Positions 7,907 through 17,505 of a DNA stretch of 64,000 bases are shown here, one piece after another. Each line of letters begins with the position of its first letter. Position 1 is the stretch's first letter. Made by a program: the position numbers and the translations under genes. The notes under the pieces are model-generated. The model made no database searches. It was not told the origin of the DNA and was given only the letters and a program-made list of their open reading frames with translations. Source of the DNA: Candidatus Moraniibacteriota bacterium (lineage in GTDB: Bacteria > Patescibacteriota > Minisyncoccia > Moranbacterales > UBA2206); NCBI GenBank assembly GCA_049297495.1, contig JBAQUL010000026.1, positions 620 through 64,619 of the forward strand, given 5' to 3'.

Positions 7907-10349
7907 TTTTCAATTCTTTTCTCAGATTCGATATAATTTTTTCCATCACCGCATCAATTTCCGCACTTTCGAGTGTTCGGTCTTTGGCGCTCATTTCAAT
8001 TCTGATGGCCATACTATTTTTTGCTTCGAAACGATCAAAAAGTGAAACTCTATCAATCAATTCGCCTCCGGTTTTTTTGACCAAAGTTTCAATCTCGGCA
8101 TATTTCACCTCTCCTGGAACAATCATAGAAATATCGCGCGAAACAACTGGAAATTTATTGATTAGTTTGTATTCTAGGATATTCCTAGCAACATCTCGCA
8201 GTGTCTCTAGATTTACTTTTGCTACCACCAAACGCTTGGAAATTTTATAGCTCACAAGTACTGATTGACTGACTTCTCCGACAAAACCGATGACTTTTCC
8301 ACTCACGGTAATTTTTGCAGTTCTAGCTGGATTCATAAACGTGCCGGGAGTTTTTATTTCTAAAAATTCCACATTCTTCACGTTTAGCACTTCAAGCACG
8401 TCTTCGACTGCGCCTTTCAGATTATAAAAAGTTTCTGAATTAGCATCACGCTCCAAAACTTTTGCTAAAATCAAATTGCGCTCTTCGACAGGCTCATTAT
8501 TTTTTAGCAGATAACATTTGCCGATTTCAAAAATACTAATTTCAGAAAAATTCTTGAGATTTTCTCGAACATTTTTCAGGATATTTGGCACCATATATGC
8601 CCGCACAAATTCTTGCTCTGGATTCATCGGGTTGGCTAATTGAAGATGTTCGTTTTCACTAAGACCAGTTTTTTTCAAATCGTCTGCGCCATAGAAGGAA
8701 TAATTATATACCTCATCAAATCCCAAGCCAGTGAGGATGTCTTGCAATTTTCGCTCGAAGAAAACCTGCTGGTTTATTTTTGCTGGCAAAACTTCCGCGA
8801 GCATTGGCCTTGGAGCAATTTTTTCATAACCCCAGACTCGTCCGATATCTTCAATCAAATCTTCTTGCGTTCGCAAGTCCAAGCGATAAGTCGGAATTTG
8901 ACACTCAATTAATTTAGCTTTCTTTGTTCTGATGCCTAACAAATTCAATATATTCAGCAATTCTTTCTCTGGCACTTTCTCCCCCAAAAGCTGATTAGCA
9001 TATTCCAGATCTAACTTTACCGTCCATGGTTTTATTTTCTTGGGATAGATATCAACAATTCCTTCAACTTTTCCGCCAGCAATATGTTCCAAAATATCAA
9101 TTACCCGCACCATCGCTTTTTCGGTCAAATTTGGATCAAGGTCTTTTTCAAAGCGATAGGATGAATCAGTATTCAGTCCCAGCACCGTTCTTGTCCTTCG
9201 AATATTCACCGCATCAAAACTAGCCGCCTCAAGCACAATCGTTTTTGTATTTTCATTTATACCAGAATCTTTCCCCCCCATAATCCCCGCCAGCGCCAGA
9301 GCGTCATCACCATTCGTAATCAACAAATTATTTTCAGTTAGTTTAATTTCGCTATCATCCAACAAGACCAATTCTTCGTTTTTTTCCGCTCTGCGCACAA
9401 CAATTTGACATTTGGATTTTGAACTTTGAGATTGATTTGAAATTGGAAATTTGGAATTTGAAATTTCGCCTGAGACTTTTTCAAAGTCAAAAGCATGTAG
9501 CGGTTGCCCAAGTTCCAGCATCACATAATTCGTCGCATCTACCACATTATTGATCGGCCGCAGTCCACAAATCTCCAATCTATCCTTTAACCATTTTGGT
9601 GATTCTTTGATCACGATATTCTCCATCACCACGCCAATATATCTTTTGCATAAATCCTTATCTTTGATTTCCACTTTTAGTTTTTGACTTTTTTGGAAGG
9701 GCAAAATAAGTTCATCGAAAGCATAGCCGAACTTCTTTTTTTCCAAAACTGCCAGCTCTCTCGCCACGCCCACGTGACTCAAAATATCATGCGCGCGATC
9801 AGGCAAAACTTTGATTTCTAAGGCGCTATCTTTTATTGCACCTAAATATTTTGCCGCTGGCTCGCCCACTTTCGCAAATTTCTCCAAAATCAAAATTCCC
9901 GCGTGATCCTTGCCTAATCCCAATTCGTCTTCGGCGCATAACATTCCAAAAGATTTCACGCCTCGAATTTCCGCTTCTTTAATTTCAAAATTTCCAGGCA
10001 ATATTGTCCCAATCAATGCCACTGGCACTTTTTGACCAACAACAATATTTGGCGCACCACAAACAATCTGTAGCGCCTCCTCTCCTTGATAAGGAGATTC
10101 CGACAAGGATTGTCGGAAGGGTGATGTGGATTTTTTCGCCCCGATATTAACACGAGCAATTTGCAATTTATCCGCATTCGGATGTTTCGTGATTTCCAAA
10201 ATTTCACCAACAACCACGCCATCAAAACTATTGTTATTTTTCTCCAAACCCTCAATCTCAAAAGAATGCATCGTCAAAAGCTCCGCCGCTTTTTCGGGAG
10301 ATAGTTTTGTTTGAGATAATTCTTTTAACCAACTATATGAATATTTCAT
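7890..10349 (-). CDS. pheT: phenylalanyl-tRNA synthetase beta subunit
   Basis: 819 aa; N-terminal MKYSYSWLKE..., and B3/4, B5 and FDX-ACB-like regions. Directly downstream of pheS. Confidence 0.95.
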   Translation of the reverse strand: MKYSYSWLKELSQTKLSPEKAAELLTMHSFEIEGLEKNNNSFDGVVVGEILEITKHPNADKLQIARVNIGAKKSTSPFRQSLSESPYQGEEALQIVCGAPNIVVGQKVPVALIGTILPGNFEIKEAEIRGVKSFGMLCAEDELGLGKDHAGILILEKFAKVGEPAAKYLGAIKDSALEIKVLPDRAHDILSHVGVARELAVLEKKKFGYAFDELILPFQKSQKLKVEIKDKDLCKRYIGVVMENIVIKESPKWLKDRLEICGLRPINNVVDATNYVMLELGQPLHAFDFEKVSGEISNSKFPISNQSQSSKSKCQIVVRRAEKNEELVLLDDSEIKLTENNLLITNGDDALALAGIMGGKDSGINENTKTIVLEAASFDAVNIRRTRTVLGLNTDSSYRFEKDLDPNLTEKAMVRVIDILEHIAGGKVEGIVDIYPKKIKPWTVKLDLEYANQLLGEKVPEKELLNILNLLGIRTKKAKLIECQIPTYRLDLRTQEDLIEDIGRVWGYEKIAPRPMLAEVLPAKINQQVFFERKLQDILTGLGFDEVYNYSFYGADDLKKTGLSENEHLQLANPMNPEQEFVRAYMVPNILKNVRENLKNFSEISIFEIGKCYLLKNNEPVEERNLILAKVLERDANSETFYNLKGAVEDVLEVLNVKNVEFLEIKTPGTFMNPARTAKITVSGKVIGFVGEVSQSVLVSYKISKRLVVAKVNLETLRDVARNILEYKLINKFPVVSRDISMIVPGEVKYAEIETLVKKTGGELIDRVSLFDRFEAKNSMAIRIEMSAKDRTLESAEIDAVMEKIISNLRKELKIEIRK
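9436..9466. repeat. imperfect heptanucleotide tract (TTTGRAA/GGAAATT-like x4) inside the pheT reading frame
   Basis: attgatttgaaattggaaatttggaatttgaaatttcg encodes the low-complexity insertion ...SNSKFPISNQSQSSKSK... in PheT. Confidence 0.5.
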
Positions 10350-10352
10350 AAC

Positions 10353-11384
10353 TTAAAACTGTTTTGTAAATCTTAGATCCCCACTATGAAAAAGCCTACA
10401 ATCATCAATTTTATACTTCATCATTGCCAGACGTTCCAAACCAAAACCCCAAGCAAAGCCGGTGTATTGATTGCGTTTATAGCCGACTGCTTCAAATACA
10501 TTTTGATTAACCATTCCAGCGCCACCCAATTCCAGCCATTTATTATACTTACAAGCGCGGCATCCAGCGCCTCCGCAAACCGTGCAGGATATATCAAATT
10601 CAAAACTCGGTTCCGTGAAAGGAAAATAGCTTGGTCGCAAACGCACTTTGATTTCGCGTCCAAAAAATTGCGAGAAAAAATCTTCCGCTACTTGCTTCAG
10701 ATGTCCAACATTGATGTTTTCTCCCACCACCAATGCTTCAAACTGATAGAAAGTATGATCATGCGTCGTATCAGTTGCTTCACGGCGAAAGCATTTTCCC
10801 GGCACAATAATCCGCAAGGGCGGTTTGTGCTTTTCCATATACTTCGCTTGCACAGCTGAGGTCTGAGAACGCATTGCTAGATTTTCTTTACCTTTTTTAT
10901 TTTTCAACCAAAATGTATCTTGAATATCACGTGCCGGATGATCAGCTGGCATATTGAGCGCGTCAAAGTTATAGAACTCAGTTTCAATCTCTGGCCCATC
11001 GGCAATTTCAAACCCCATGCCAGTAAAAATATCTTCAATGTCGCGCCTGACAATCGAGATTGGATTGAGATGTCCCACGCCTCTTTTCTTGCCAGGAATC
11101 GTCACATCAATTTTTTCTTTCTCTGCGCTCGTTCCGGTTTTGGACAAATCGGCTTTTTTTCCGTTGATAATGTTAAGAATTTCTAACTTAGTTTTATTGG
11201 CTAACTCGCCAATTTGTTTTCTTTCTTCCGGCGCCAGGTTTTTCAGATTTTTCAAAAACCCCACAAACTCACTCTTGCGTCCCAAGTATTTTTTCTCCAA
11301 ATCAAAAAGCGCGTCACTATTTTTGACTTTCTCAATTTCCTCCAAAACCTGCTTTTTAATCTCTTCTATTTTCGTTTTCAACAT
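10353..11384 (-). CDS. pheS: phenylalanyl-tRNA synthetase alpha subunit
   Basis: 343 aa with class II aaRS core motifs (FRREATDTTHDHTFYQFEALVV; GFAWGFGLERLAMM). Confidence 0.95.
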   Translation of the reverse strand: MLKTKIEEIKKQVLEEIEKVKNSDALFDLEKKYLGRKSEFVGFLKNLKNLAPEERKQIGELANKTKLEILNIINGKKADLSKTGTSAEKEKIDVTIPGKKRGVGHLNPISIVRRDIEDIFTGMGFEIADGPEIETEFYNFDALNMPADHPARDIQDTFWLKNKKGKENLAMRSQTSAVQAKYMEKHKPPLRIIVPGKCFRREATDTTHDHTFYQFEALVVGENINVGHLKQVAEDFFSQFFGREIKVRLRPSYFPFTEPSFEFDISCTVCGGAGCRACKYNKWLELGGAGMVNQNVFEAVGYKRNQYTGFAWGFGLERLAMMKYKIDDCRLFHSGDLRFTKQF

Positions 11385-11466
11385 AGTCCCATTCTAGCTT
11401 TAAAGGCTAAAAAAGTCAAAATAATAGGCGTTGATTTAAAATCCAACGCCCACTCCAAGCTCAAGA

Positions 11467-11655
11467 TCACTTATCACAAAAATAATCCTCCGGTGGCAAA
11501 AGGAAAAGAAACACACACGCCAAGACAATAAGAGCGATGCTCCAGTTTGTCTTGACATAGTGAGAAGGAATTACCAATAAGCCAAATATCCCCAACCAAG
11601 CTATTTTCTTCCCACCACCTGGAAGACGACTCCACCTGTCACAAATCAATTTCAT
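11467..11655 (-). CDS. hypothetical small membrane protein
   Basis: 62-aa ORF with one clear hydrophobic helix (IAWLGIFGLLVIPS / IALIVLACVFLFLL). No recognisable family. Confidence 0.35.
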   Translation of the reverse strand: MKLICDRWSRLPGGGKKIAWLGIFGLLVIPSHYVKTNWSIALIVLACVFLFLLPPEDYFCDK

Positions 11656-11749
11656 GGCGCAAACTCCTATTATTAAGGATTGATACTTGAAATCAAGGAA
11701 CTATCGCCCCGGCTAAATAGCTAAAGGCGACAAAAATATATCAAAAAAA

Positions 11750-12061
11750 TTATATATCCATTTTTTGCTTTGCCATATCATACTGCTCCTGCGTTATCTG
11801 TCCACTCTTTCGCATCATCTCCATTGCACCGAGCAATTTGTCCTTATTCTCCGGTTTCAAAACTTCTTGCATCATCTTGGCCTTTTCCTGCGGACTCATC
11901 CGTTCCATTCTTTTCATTGCCAAGCGCTGGAGCATATTCATTTTCGGCGAATCATCTTCTTTTTTCTTGTCAGCATCTCCTTTTGCATCATCGCTAACCT
12001 TTGAAGCATTTGATTGTTGATTGTTTTTAAACGGATTCCACATAGTAAATGAAAAATGCAA
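11750..12061 (-). CDS. hypothetical protein with SHOCT-like C-terminal motif
   Basis: 103 aa, charged. The C-terminal ...MRKSGQITQEQYDMAKQKM resembles the SHOCT short C-terminal domain (G-ITxEEYxxxK). Confidence 0.45.
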   Translation of the reverse strand: MHFSFTMWNPFKNNQQSNASKVSDDAKGDADKKKEDDSPKMNMLQRLAMKRMERMSPQEKAKMMQEVLKPENKDKLLGAMEMMRKSGQITQEQYDMAKQKMDI

Positions 12062-12089
12062 ATCTCAAAATTAAAAATAATTTGAGATT

Positions 12090-12986
12090 TTATTTTTTAA
12101 TTTGTAAATTATAACTTGTCACGAGTAGCGCTGAAGCAATAAAAATCGATGAATAAGTTCCAAATGTTATCCCAATCAGTAGCGCCAAAGAAAAATGCTT
12201 GATAGATTCTCCGCCGAAAATATAAATTGCAAGAAGTGTGATAATTACTGTGAGAGAGGTGTTAACCGAACGAACCAATGTTTCATTGAGACTGCGATTC
12301 ACAATTTCAGGGAATTTTTCTTTAGCAGAGCTTCTTTGGAGATTTTCTCTCGTGCGGTCATAAACCACAATTGTATCATGAACCGAAAATCCCAAAATAG
12401 TGAGAAGCGCCGCCACAAACGGCACGCCCACCTCAACGCCCCAGAAGTGACCCAAGACCGAAAAAGCACCAATCGTAATGAGCACATCGTGCATAAGAGC
12501 GATTACCGCACCTGCTCCATATTTCCATGAAGCCACCGGATGCGAAACGCGTCGAAAAGCCCAAGCGATATAAGCCATAATGCCAACAATTGCCCAAAAA
12601 ATTGCCATAAATGATTTAGTTTTCAGCTCGTTGGAAACTGAAGCATTAGCATAGTCTGTTCGGATATTTTTTGATTCCGGATATTTTTCCCCTAAAGTAC
12701 TCAGAACATTCTGATTAGTTTTATCATCTTCTGAGGCATAGCGAATCAATACTGAATTATTCCCAGTCGATTGAAGTGTGAGACTTTTCAAATTCAAATC
12801 TTTTAGAGACTCCTCGAGTTCGAGATTCGTCGGAAGACTATTTTCAAACTTCACTTCCATGAGCGTTCCTCCCGTAAAATCAATTCCGTATTTCAATCCC
12901 CAAGTGAAAAGTGCCACAACACTAAGCACCGTCAAGGTGATGGAAAAAATATAAGCGTATTTAGTTTTGGAAATAATGTTATACAT
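12090..12986 (-). CDS. secF: protein translocase subunit SecF
   Basis: 298 aa; N-terminal TM followed by GIDFTGGTLMEV... and a multi-TM C-terminal half. Lies directly downstream of secD. Confidence 0.9.
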   Translation of the reverse strand: MYNIISKTKYAYIFSITLTVLSVVALFTWGLKYGIDFTGGTLMEVKFENSLPTNLELEESLKDLNLKSLTLQSTGNNSVLIRYASEDDKTNQNVLSTLGEKYPESKNIRTDYANASVSNELKTKSFMAIFWAIVGIMAYIAWAFRRVSHPVASWKYGAGAVIALMHDVLITIGAFSVLGHFWGVEVGVPFVAALLTILGFSVHDTIVVYDRTRENLQRSSAKEKFPEIVNRSLNETLVRSVNTSLTVIITLLAIYIFGGESIKHFSLALLIGITFGTYSSIFIASALLVTSYNLQIKK

Positions 12987-13015
12987 CTACATGCTAGGTT
13001 AATAGTGACATAAGT

Positions 13016-13104
13016 CATTGGCAGTAGGTTAAGTCTTTAGTTATAGGAATTAAGAAAAAGTACCTACTGCCAAAAACCTACTGCCAAACTTACCGCCAAT
13101 GACC
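13016..13104. repeat. local cluster of short direct/inverted repeats (CCTACTGCCAA motif) in the secD-secF intergenic region
   Basis: cattggcagtaggtt ... tacctactgccaaaaacctactgccaaacttaccgccaatgacc: two direct copies plus one inverted copy of an ~11-mer. Confidence 0.4.
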
Positions 13105-13157
13105 TCTGTTACCTAAAACTTTTTTAATAAAGAATTATTTACTCTCTTTTTCTGTCT

Positions 13158-14831
13158 CTATTTTTTTGCCCCAACCAACCACATCTTATTTTCAATCCAA
13201 CTCCCCAGAATAAATCGTAAGATTGTTCTTGTGATGACAACGGCTGTGAACATTGAGGCAAGCACTCCAATGATCAGTGTGACTGCAAAACCCTTCACAA
13301 ATCCCGTTCCCATTTCTACTAGAATTAAAGCTGTGATGATAGATGACATATTGCCGTCCAAAATCGATGTCCAAGCGCGCTTGAAACCTTCTTCAATTGC
13401 GCTAAGGATATTACGCCCCTTGCGTACTTCTTCCTTAGTCCTTTCAAAAATTAAAATATTCGCATCCACTGCCATTCCAATCGAAAGCACAAAACCAGCG
13501 ATTCCGGGAAGCGTGAGTGTGATTTGCCATGGCGTGAAACCAGAAAGCTTGAAAATGGTAATCATCAACGCGGAATAGATAAGTAAGGAAAATGATGCGA
13601 TCAGACCCAGAAATCGATAATAAATAAGCATAAAAATAATCACGAGCATGAGGCCAATTATTCCCGCCTTCAAACTCTTTTCAAGCGAAACCTGACCAAG
13701 GGTTGCTTCAACGGACTGTTGACTAACCAAGCTAATTGGCACTGGCAACGCGCCTTCATTTAGTCTTTTGACCAAATCTTTGGCTTCTTGAATTGTGTAG
13801 TTTCCTGTCACAACAGCTTCGCCATTCAAAATTTCACTTTGCACGGTTGGCGCCGTAATTATTTCTCCATCCAGATAGATTGCCACTCTTTTTTCTAGAT
13901 TTCTCTTGGTGATTTCTGCAAACAATTTCGTGCCCTCATCATCAAATTTCAAAAGCACACGCGGTCCCTCAAGACCTTGATCTCCCAGTTCAACGCTGGC
14001 ACTTTTTAGGTTTTTACCAGAAAGTCCGGTTGAAGCAAAATCTAATTGTGGTTGTGGTTGCGCCATCTTAGAAATTAAGATATGCGCACTTTTGAATTCT
14101 TGAGCATCTCCTTCGCCCCGAATTTCAATCTTCTTTATGATGTGCCAACCGAATTGTGATTCAACTAGCTTCGGATACACGTCACCATCCTTGAGGCCTG
14201 ACTCAAACACAGCCGTTTCATATTCAGGCACAAATGAACCTTTCTTTTGAAAATCATATTCTCCGCCATTATCTTTCGAGCCAGGATCTTGACTATTATC
14301 TTTCGCTAGAGCCGCGAAATCTTCTCCTGCTAAAGCCTTTTTCAAAATATCTTCTGCTTTCGCTTTGCTTTTTTCATTGGCCCCATTAATAATCTCTTCG
14401 GGAATTTTTTCCGGCTCAGTCATTTTCTCCTCCTTGAATTCCAAAAATGGAGTTTCGCTGATCATTTTTTTGGCCTCATTAATATCTTTGACGCCAGCTA
14501 GCTCCACAACCAAGCGCTGCTCTCCTCCAGATTTTGTCGTGTAGACCACGGGTTCCGCCACTCCAAAAGCGTTCACTCGCCGTTCAATGACATCTTGTAC
14601 GGCTTGCATAGCATCCCCTACCTGAGCACTGTCCACTTTGCTGGTATCAGCCTTGTACTCCAGATGGATTCCGCCTTGCAAGTCCAACCCCAAATTAACT
14701 TTAGGTTTATCAAGAATGCCAAAAAGACGAGGTATTTTCGATACCGCTTGAGGATAAGCTATGAGTCCCGCTAGGATTGCGAGGACAATCACAAGGGAAA
14801 ATTTCAATCTAAGTTTTTGCCGGTTATTCAT
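13158..14831 (-). CDS. secD: protein translocase subunit SecD with embedded parvulin-like (PpiC-type) segment
   Basis: 557 aa; N-terminal TM, a periplasmic head, and a C-terminal 6-TM SecD core (LPGIAGFVLSIGMAVDANILIFER). Residues ~140-240 carry parvulin-like signatures: AALAKDNSQDPGSKDNGGEYDF...FVPEYETAVFESGLKDGDVYPKLVESQFGWHIIKKIE. Confidence 0.9.
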   Translation of the reverse strand: MNNRQKLRLKFSLVIVLAILAGLIAYPQAVSKIPRLFGILDKPKVNLGLDLQGGIHLEYKADTSKVDSAQVGDAMQAVQDVIERRVNAFGVAEPVVYTTKSGGEQRLVVELAGVKDINEAKKMISETPFLEFKEEKMTEPEKIPEEIINGANEKSKAKAEDILKKALAGEDFAALAKDNSQDPGSKDNGGEYDFQKKGSFVPEYETAVFESGLKDGDVYPKLVESQFGWHIIKKIEIRGEGDAQEFKSAHILISKMAQPQPQLDFASTGLSGKNLKSASVELGDQGLEGPRVLLKFDDEGTKLFAEITKRNLEKRVAIYLDGEIITAPTVQSEILNGEAVVTGNYTIQEAKDLVKRLNEGALPVPISLVSQQSVEATLGQVSLEKSLKAGIIGLMLVIIFMLIYYRFLGLIASFSLLIYSALMITIFKLSGFTPWQITLTLPGIAGFVLSIGMAVDANILIFERTKEEVRKGRNILSAIEEGFKRAWTSILDGNMSSIITALILVEMGTGFVKGFAVTLIIGVLASMFTAVVITRTILRFILGSWIENKMWLVGAKK

Positions 14832-14876
14832 AAATTCTATTCTACCTGAAACTGAGAGTTTGGCAATAGCACCGCA

Positions 14877-15347
14877 TCACCCACCATTTTCAATTAAAAA
14901 CCGATTAGCTTTTTCGAGCACTTTTTTTGAATTAAGATTACTCACGCGATTTATCGCTTGATGATATTCCATCCAGATATAATCTCTGTGTTCATGCGAC
15001 AATAGAATTTTTGCCTGATTAGTTTCAGTCAAATAATACAAGACTTTCTTGAAAATCATCCAGCCCCTTCCAGCCTTCAATCTTTTTTCCTTCTCTTCAT
15101 TTTTCGCCGTATAATAATATTTCTCCTGACCCAAAAAACCCGGCTTAATTATCAAATTAGTTAAACCCGTTTCTTCGGTTGCCTCTCGGCGCAATGTCTC
15201 CTCGTCAGTTTCATCATTTTCACCGTGACCTTTGATGAATCCCCAATGACCACCGGGATAGCGCAAAAGCAAATATTTAACTTTCTCGCCTTCTCGCCGG
15301 AAAACTACTGCTCCAATGGATTTTTCAAAACTAAAAATTTTATACAT
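14877..15347 (-). CDS. NUDIX hydrolase
   Basis: Nudix box GHGENDETDEETLRREATEETGL fits Gx5Ex7REUxEExGU. Confidence 0.85.
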   Translation of the reverse strand: MYKIFSFEKSIGAVVFRREGEKVKYLLLRYPGGHWGFIKGHGENDETDEETLRREATEETGLTNLIIKPGFLGQEKYYYTAKNEEKEKRLKAGRGWMIFKKVLYYLTETNQAKILLSHEHRDYIWMEYHQAINRVSNLNSKKVLEKANRFLIENGG

Positions 15348-15350
15348 TTG

Positions 15351-15803
15351 TTATTTATTTGATAATTCAATGAGTTCTTTGATCCCACTTAAGGTATCTA
15401 GTCCAACAATATCTTCGCTCGAAAACCATCCAACCTCAGAAACCTTCTTATCCAATGGATTTGGCGCTCCCCTTTTAAGCCTCGCTCGATAGCAAAAAAC
15501 TAAAACGTGCTGACTATCTCCGTCGGCTCTTTCCCATATCGTAGACTGCACCAAGGGAAGCAACTCTTCCACCTCAATCTCACAACCAATTTCCTCCAGA
15601 CACTCTCTTTTTATAGCATTTTCTGGTGACTCCCCATAATCAATTCTCCCACCAGGAAATTCCCACTTTCCATCTGCACTAGGAATCATAAGATCCACGC
15701 GTTTTTGTAGCAAAATATTCCCATTTTCATCTTTGACAAGGGCAATGACTACAGTTAATTGTCTTCTGTTTTCCATTTTAGCATTTCTTATTTGACAATC
15801 CAC
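15351..15803 (-). CDS. NUDIX hydrolase
   Basis: Nudix box GGRIDYGESPENAIKRECLEEIGC. Confidence 0.85.
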   Translation of the reverse strand: MDCQIRNAKMENRRQLTVVIALVKDENGNILLQKRVDLMIPSADGKWEFPGGRIDYGESPENAIKRECLEEIGCEIEVEELLPLVQSTIWERADGDSQHVLVFCYRARLKRGAPNPLDKKVSEVGWFSSEDIVGLDTLSGIKELIELSNK

Positions 15804-16255
15804 TTCTCTAACTTTTTCAAAACTTCCAAAAATCCTGGCAAAAGCTTTAATCCTTTAATTTCACGCAATTTAATCCACTCATAATTCTTCGCTTCCCAGT
15901 CAAGCTTAATTTTATCTGTCGTCACTTCCACCAAAACTGGGTGAACAATCCAGGTTTTGCCATACTTCGGTTCTTCTTGATCAAATATCTCCCCCAACTG
16001 AATCTTGGTAATTTTGTTTTTTGCTATTCCCAGCTCTTCTTTCAGCTCTTCCTGAATTTTTTGCTCTAAACTTTTCTCGTCATCCAGAAACCCGGAAATA
16101 CCATTCCAATATTCAGGATAAAAATTTAATTCTTTGCTCCTCTTTACAATCAAAATTTTTCCCTGATATTTCAAAACACAATTTACCACCGGCGCCCACC
16201 GCACACTCGTGAAATCAACTTGCCCTGGCTTTGGTTTGAATTTTGATTGTTTCAT
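15788..16255 (-). CDS. NUDIX-fold hydrolase (degenerate Nudix box)
   Basis: Degenerate box GFLDDEKSLEQKIQEELKEELGI in which the conserved R is replaced. The surrounding Nudix-like secondary-structure pattern is retained. Confidence 0.7.
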   Translation of the reverse strand: MKQSKFKPKPGQVDFTSVRWAPVVNCVLKYQGKILIVKRSKELNFYPEYWNGISGFLDDEKSLEQKIQEELKEELGIAKNKITKIQLGEIFDQEEPKYGKTWIVHPVLVEVTTDKIKLDWEAKNYEWIKLREIKGLKLLPGFLEVLKKLEKWIVK

Positions 16256-16677
16256 ATCTCCTCCCTTATCTCAAAATAATTATTCTTAGTTTTATAGGCT
16301 TCGATAATTTTTTTGACTGGTTCGAAAATAGGACCAGGCAAAGCATCCAGAGAATACCACCCGACACTTTCAATTTTTTCTGGCTCCAAAATCTCTGGAA
16401 TACCCGACACCATCTCAGCAGTAAAAGAAATATCTATATAATGTTTTCCATATTTAATCACACTGGCGCAATCTAAGAATTCAATATTATCCACCTCTAT
16501 CCCGAGCTCTTCTTTCGCCTCCCTGGCAGCTGCAGCCGCTGGATGTTCACCAAAATCCACATGCCCTCCAACAGTGCCATACTCGCCGCTACCCAGCTCA
16601 GATTTTCGCTTAGTCATTAAAATTTTACCATCTTTGATGATAAGCAACCCAGTTCCAACTTTTATTATATCGTCCAT
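16252..16677 (-). CDS. NUDIX hydrolase
   Basis: Perfect Nudix box GGHVDFGEHPAAAAAREAKEELGI. Confidence 0.85.
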   Translation of the reverse strand: MDDIIKVGTGLLIIKDGKILMTKRKSELGSGEYGTVGGHVDFGEHPAAAAAREAKEELGIEVDNIEFLDCASVIKYGKHYIDISFTAEMVSGIPEILEPEKIESVGWYSLDALPGPIFEPVKKIIEAYKTKNNYFEIREEI

Positions 16678-16708
16678 CTATATATTGCATTAATAACTTT
16701 TTATAACA

Positions 16709-17119
16709 CTAACTAATCAGCCCTTCCTCCTTCAATCTTGGAATAACTTCATGTTCAAAAATAGAACCAACCGACATGCCATTTGGAATACTCGAATCTA
16801 TCCAAGTAATTTTTTCAACCTCGCGATTAGCTTCAATTTCGCCAGAATAATTTTTTACAATAAAAACATCCATTCGCAACAGCTTTTCCTCATTGCCTGC
16901 AGCATTTGCATAAAAATCACCAAATGCTTCCAAGTCATTCTCAGAAACATCAATATTGAGCTCTTCTTTCAACTCGCGAATTAAGGATTCTTTCGGCGTC
17001 TCGCCCACTTCTAATTTTCCACCCGGAGCAACATAAACTTCTTTTCCTTTTGATTTAGTCAAAAGCAATTTTTTGTTTTCGATGATAATTCCCCCAGCTT
17101 TATAGATGTCATATTTCAT
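16709..17119 (-). CDS. NUDIX hydrolase
   Basis: Nudix box GGKLEVGETPKESLIRELKEELNI. The start is probably the Met at ~17119 (MKYDIYKAGGIII...) within ORF 16709..17185. Confidence 0.8.
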   Translation of the reverse strand: MKYDIYKAGGIIIENKKLLLTKSKGKEVYVAPGGKLEVGETPKESLIRELKEELNIDVSENDLEAFGDFYANAAGNEEKLLRMDVFIVKNYSGEIEANREVEKITWIDSSIPNGMSVGSIFEHEVIPRLKEEGLIS

Positions 17120-17168
17120 AAACCTACTTCCCACAGTATTTTTAGACCAATTAACATTTTCGCAGAAA

Positions 17169-17501
17169 TTAGTACAATTTTCCACCTATTGGAACATCTT
17201 TTCCCGGATGTAATAATATCACATTCCCCGCCTCATCTGCCAATCCAAGAGTGAGAGTTTCCGACATGTATTTCCCTATTTGTTTAGGCTTAAGATTCAC
17301 AACTCCCACAATTTCTTTTCCTACCAATTCATCGCCATGATAATTGGGAGCAAGCTTAGCGAGTGAAGTTTTAACTCCGACCTCTTGACCAAAATCAATT
17401 CTCAAGATATGAGTTGAGTATTTACCTTCTGGAAAGTCTTTAATTTCCAAAATTCGCCCAACACGGATATCTACTTTTTCAAAGTCTTTACAACTAATCA
17501 T
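17169..17501 (-). CDS. csaA: tRNA-binding OB-fold protein (CsaA/Trbp111/MetRS-C-terminal-like)
   Basis: DIRVGRILEIKDFPEGKYSTHILRIDFG...VGVVNLKPKQIGKYMSETLTLGL is the tRNA-binding-domain signature. The start is probably the internal Met (MISCKDF) 4 nt after the secA stop; the ORF track extends it to 17612, overlapping secA. Confidence 0.7.
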   Translation of the reverse strand: MISCKDFEKVDIRVGRILEIKDFPEGKYSTHILRIDFGQEVGVKTSLAKLAPNYHGDELVGKEIVGVVNLKPKQIGKYMSETLTLGLADEAGNVILLHPGKDVPIGGKLY

Positions 17502-17505
17502 GATT

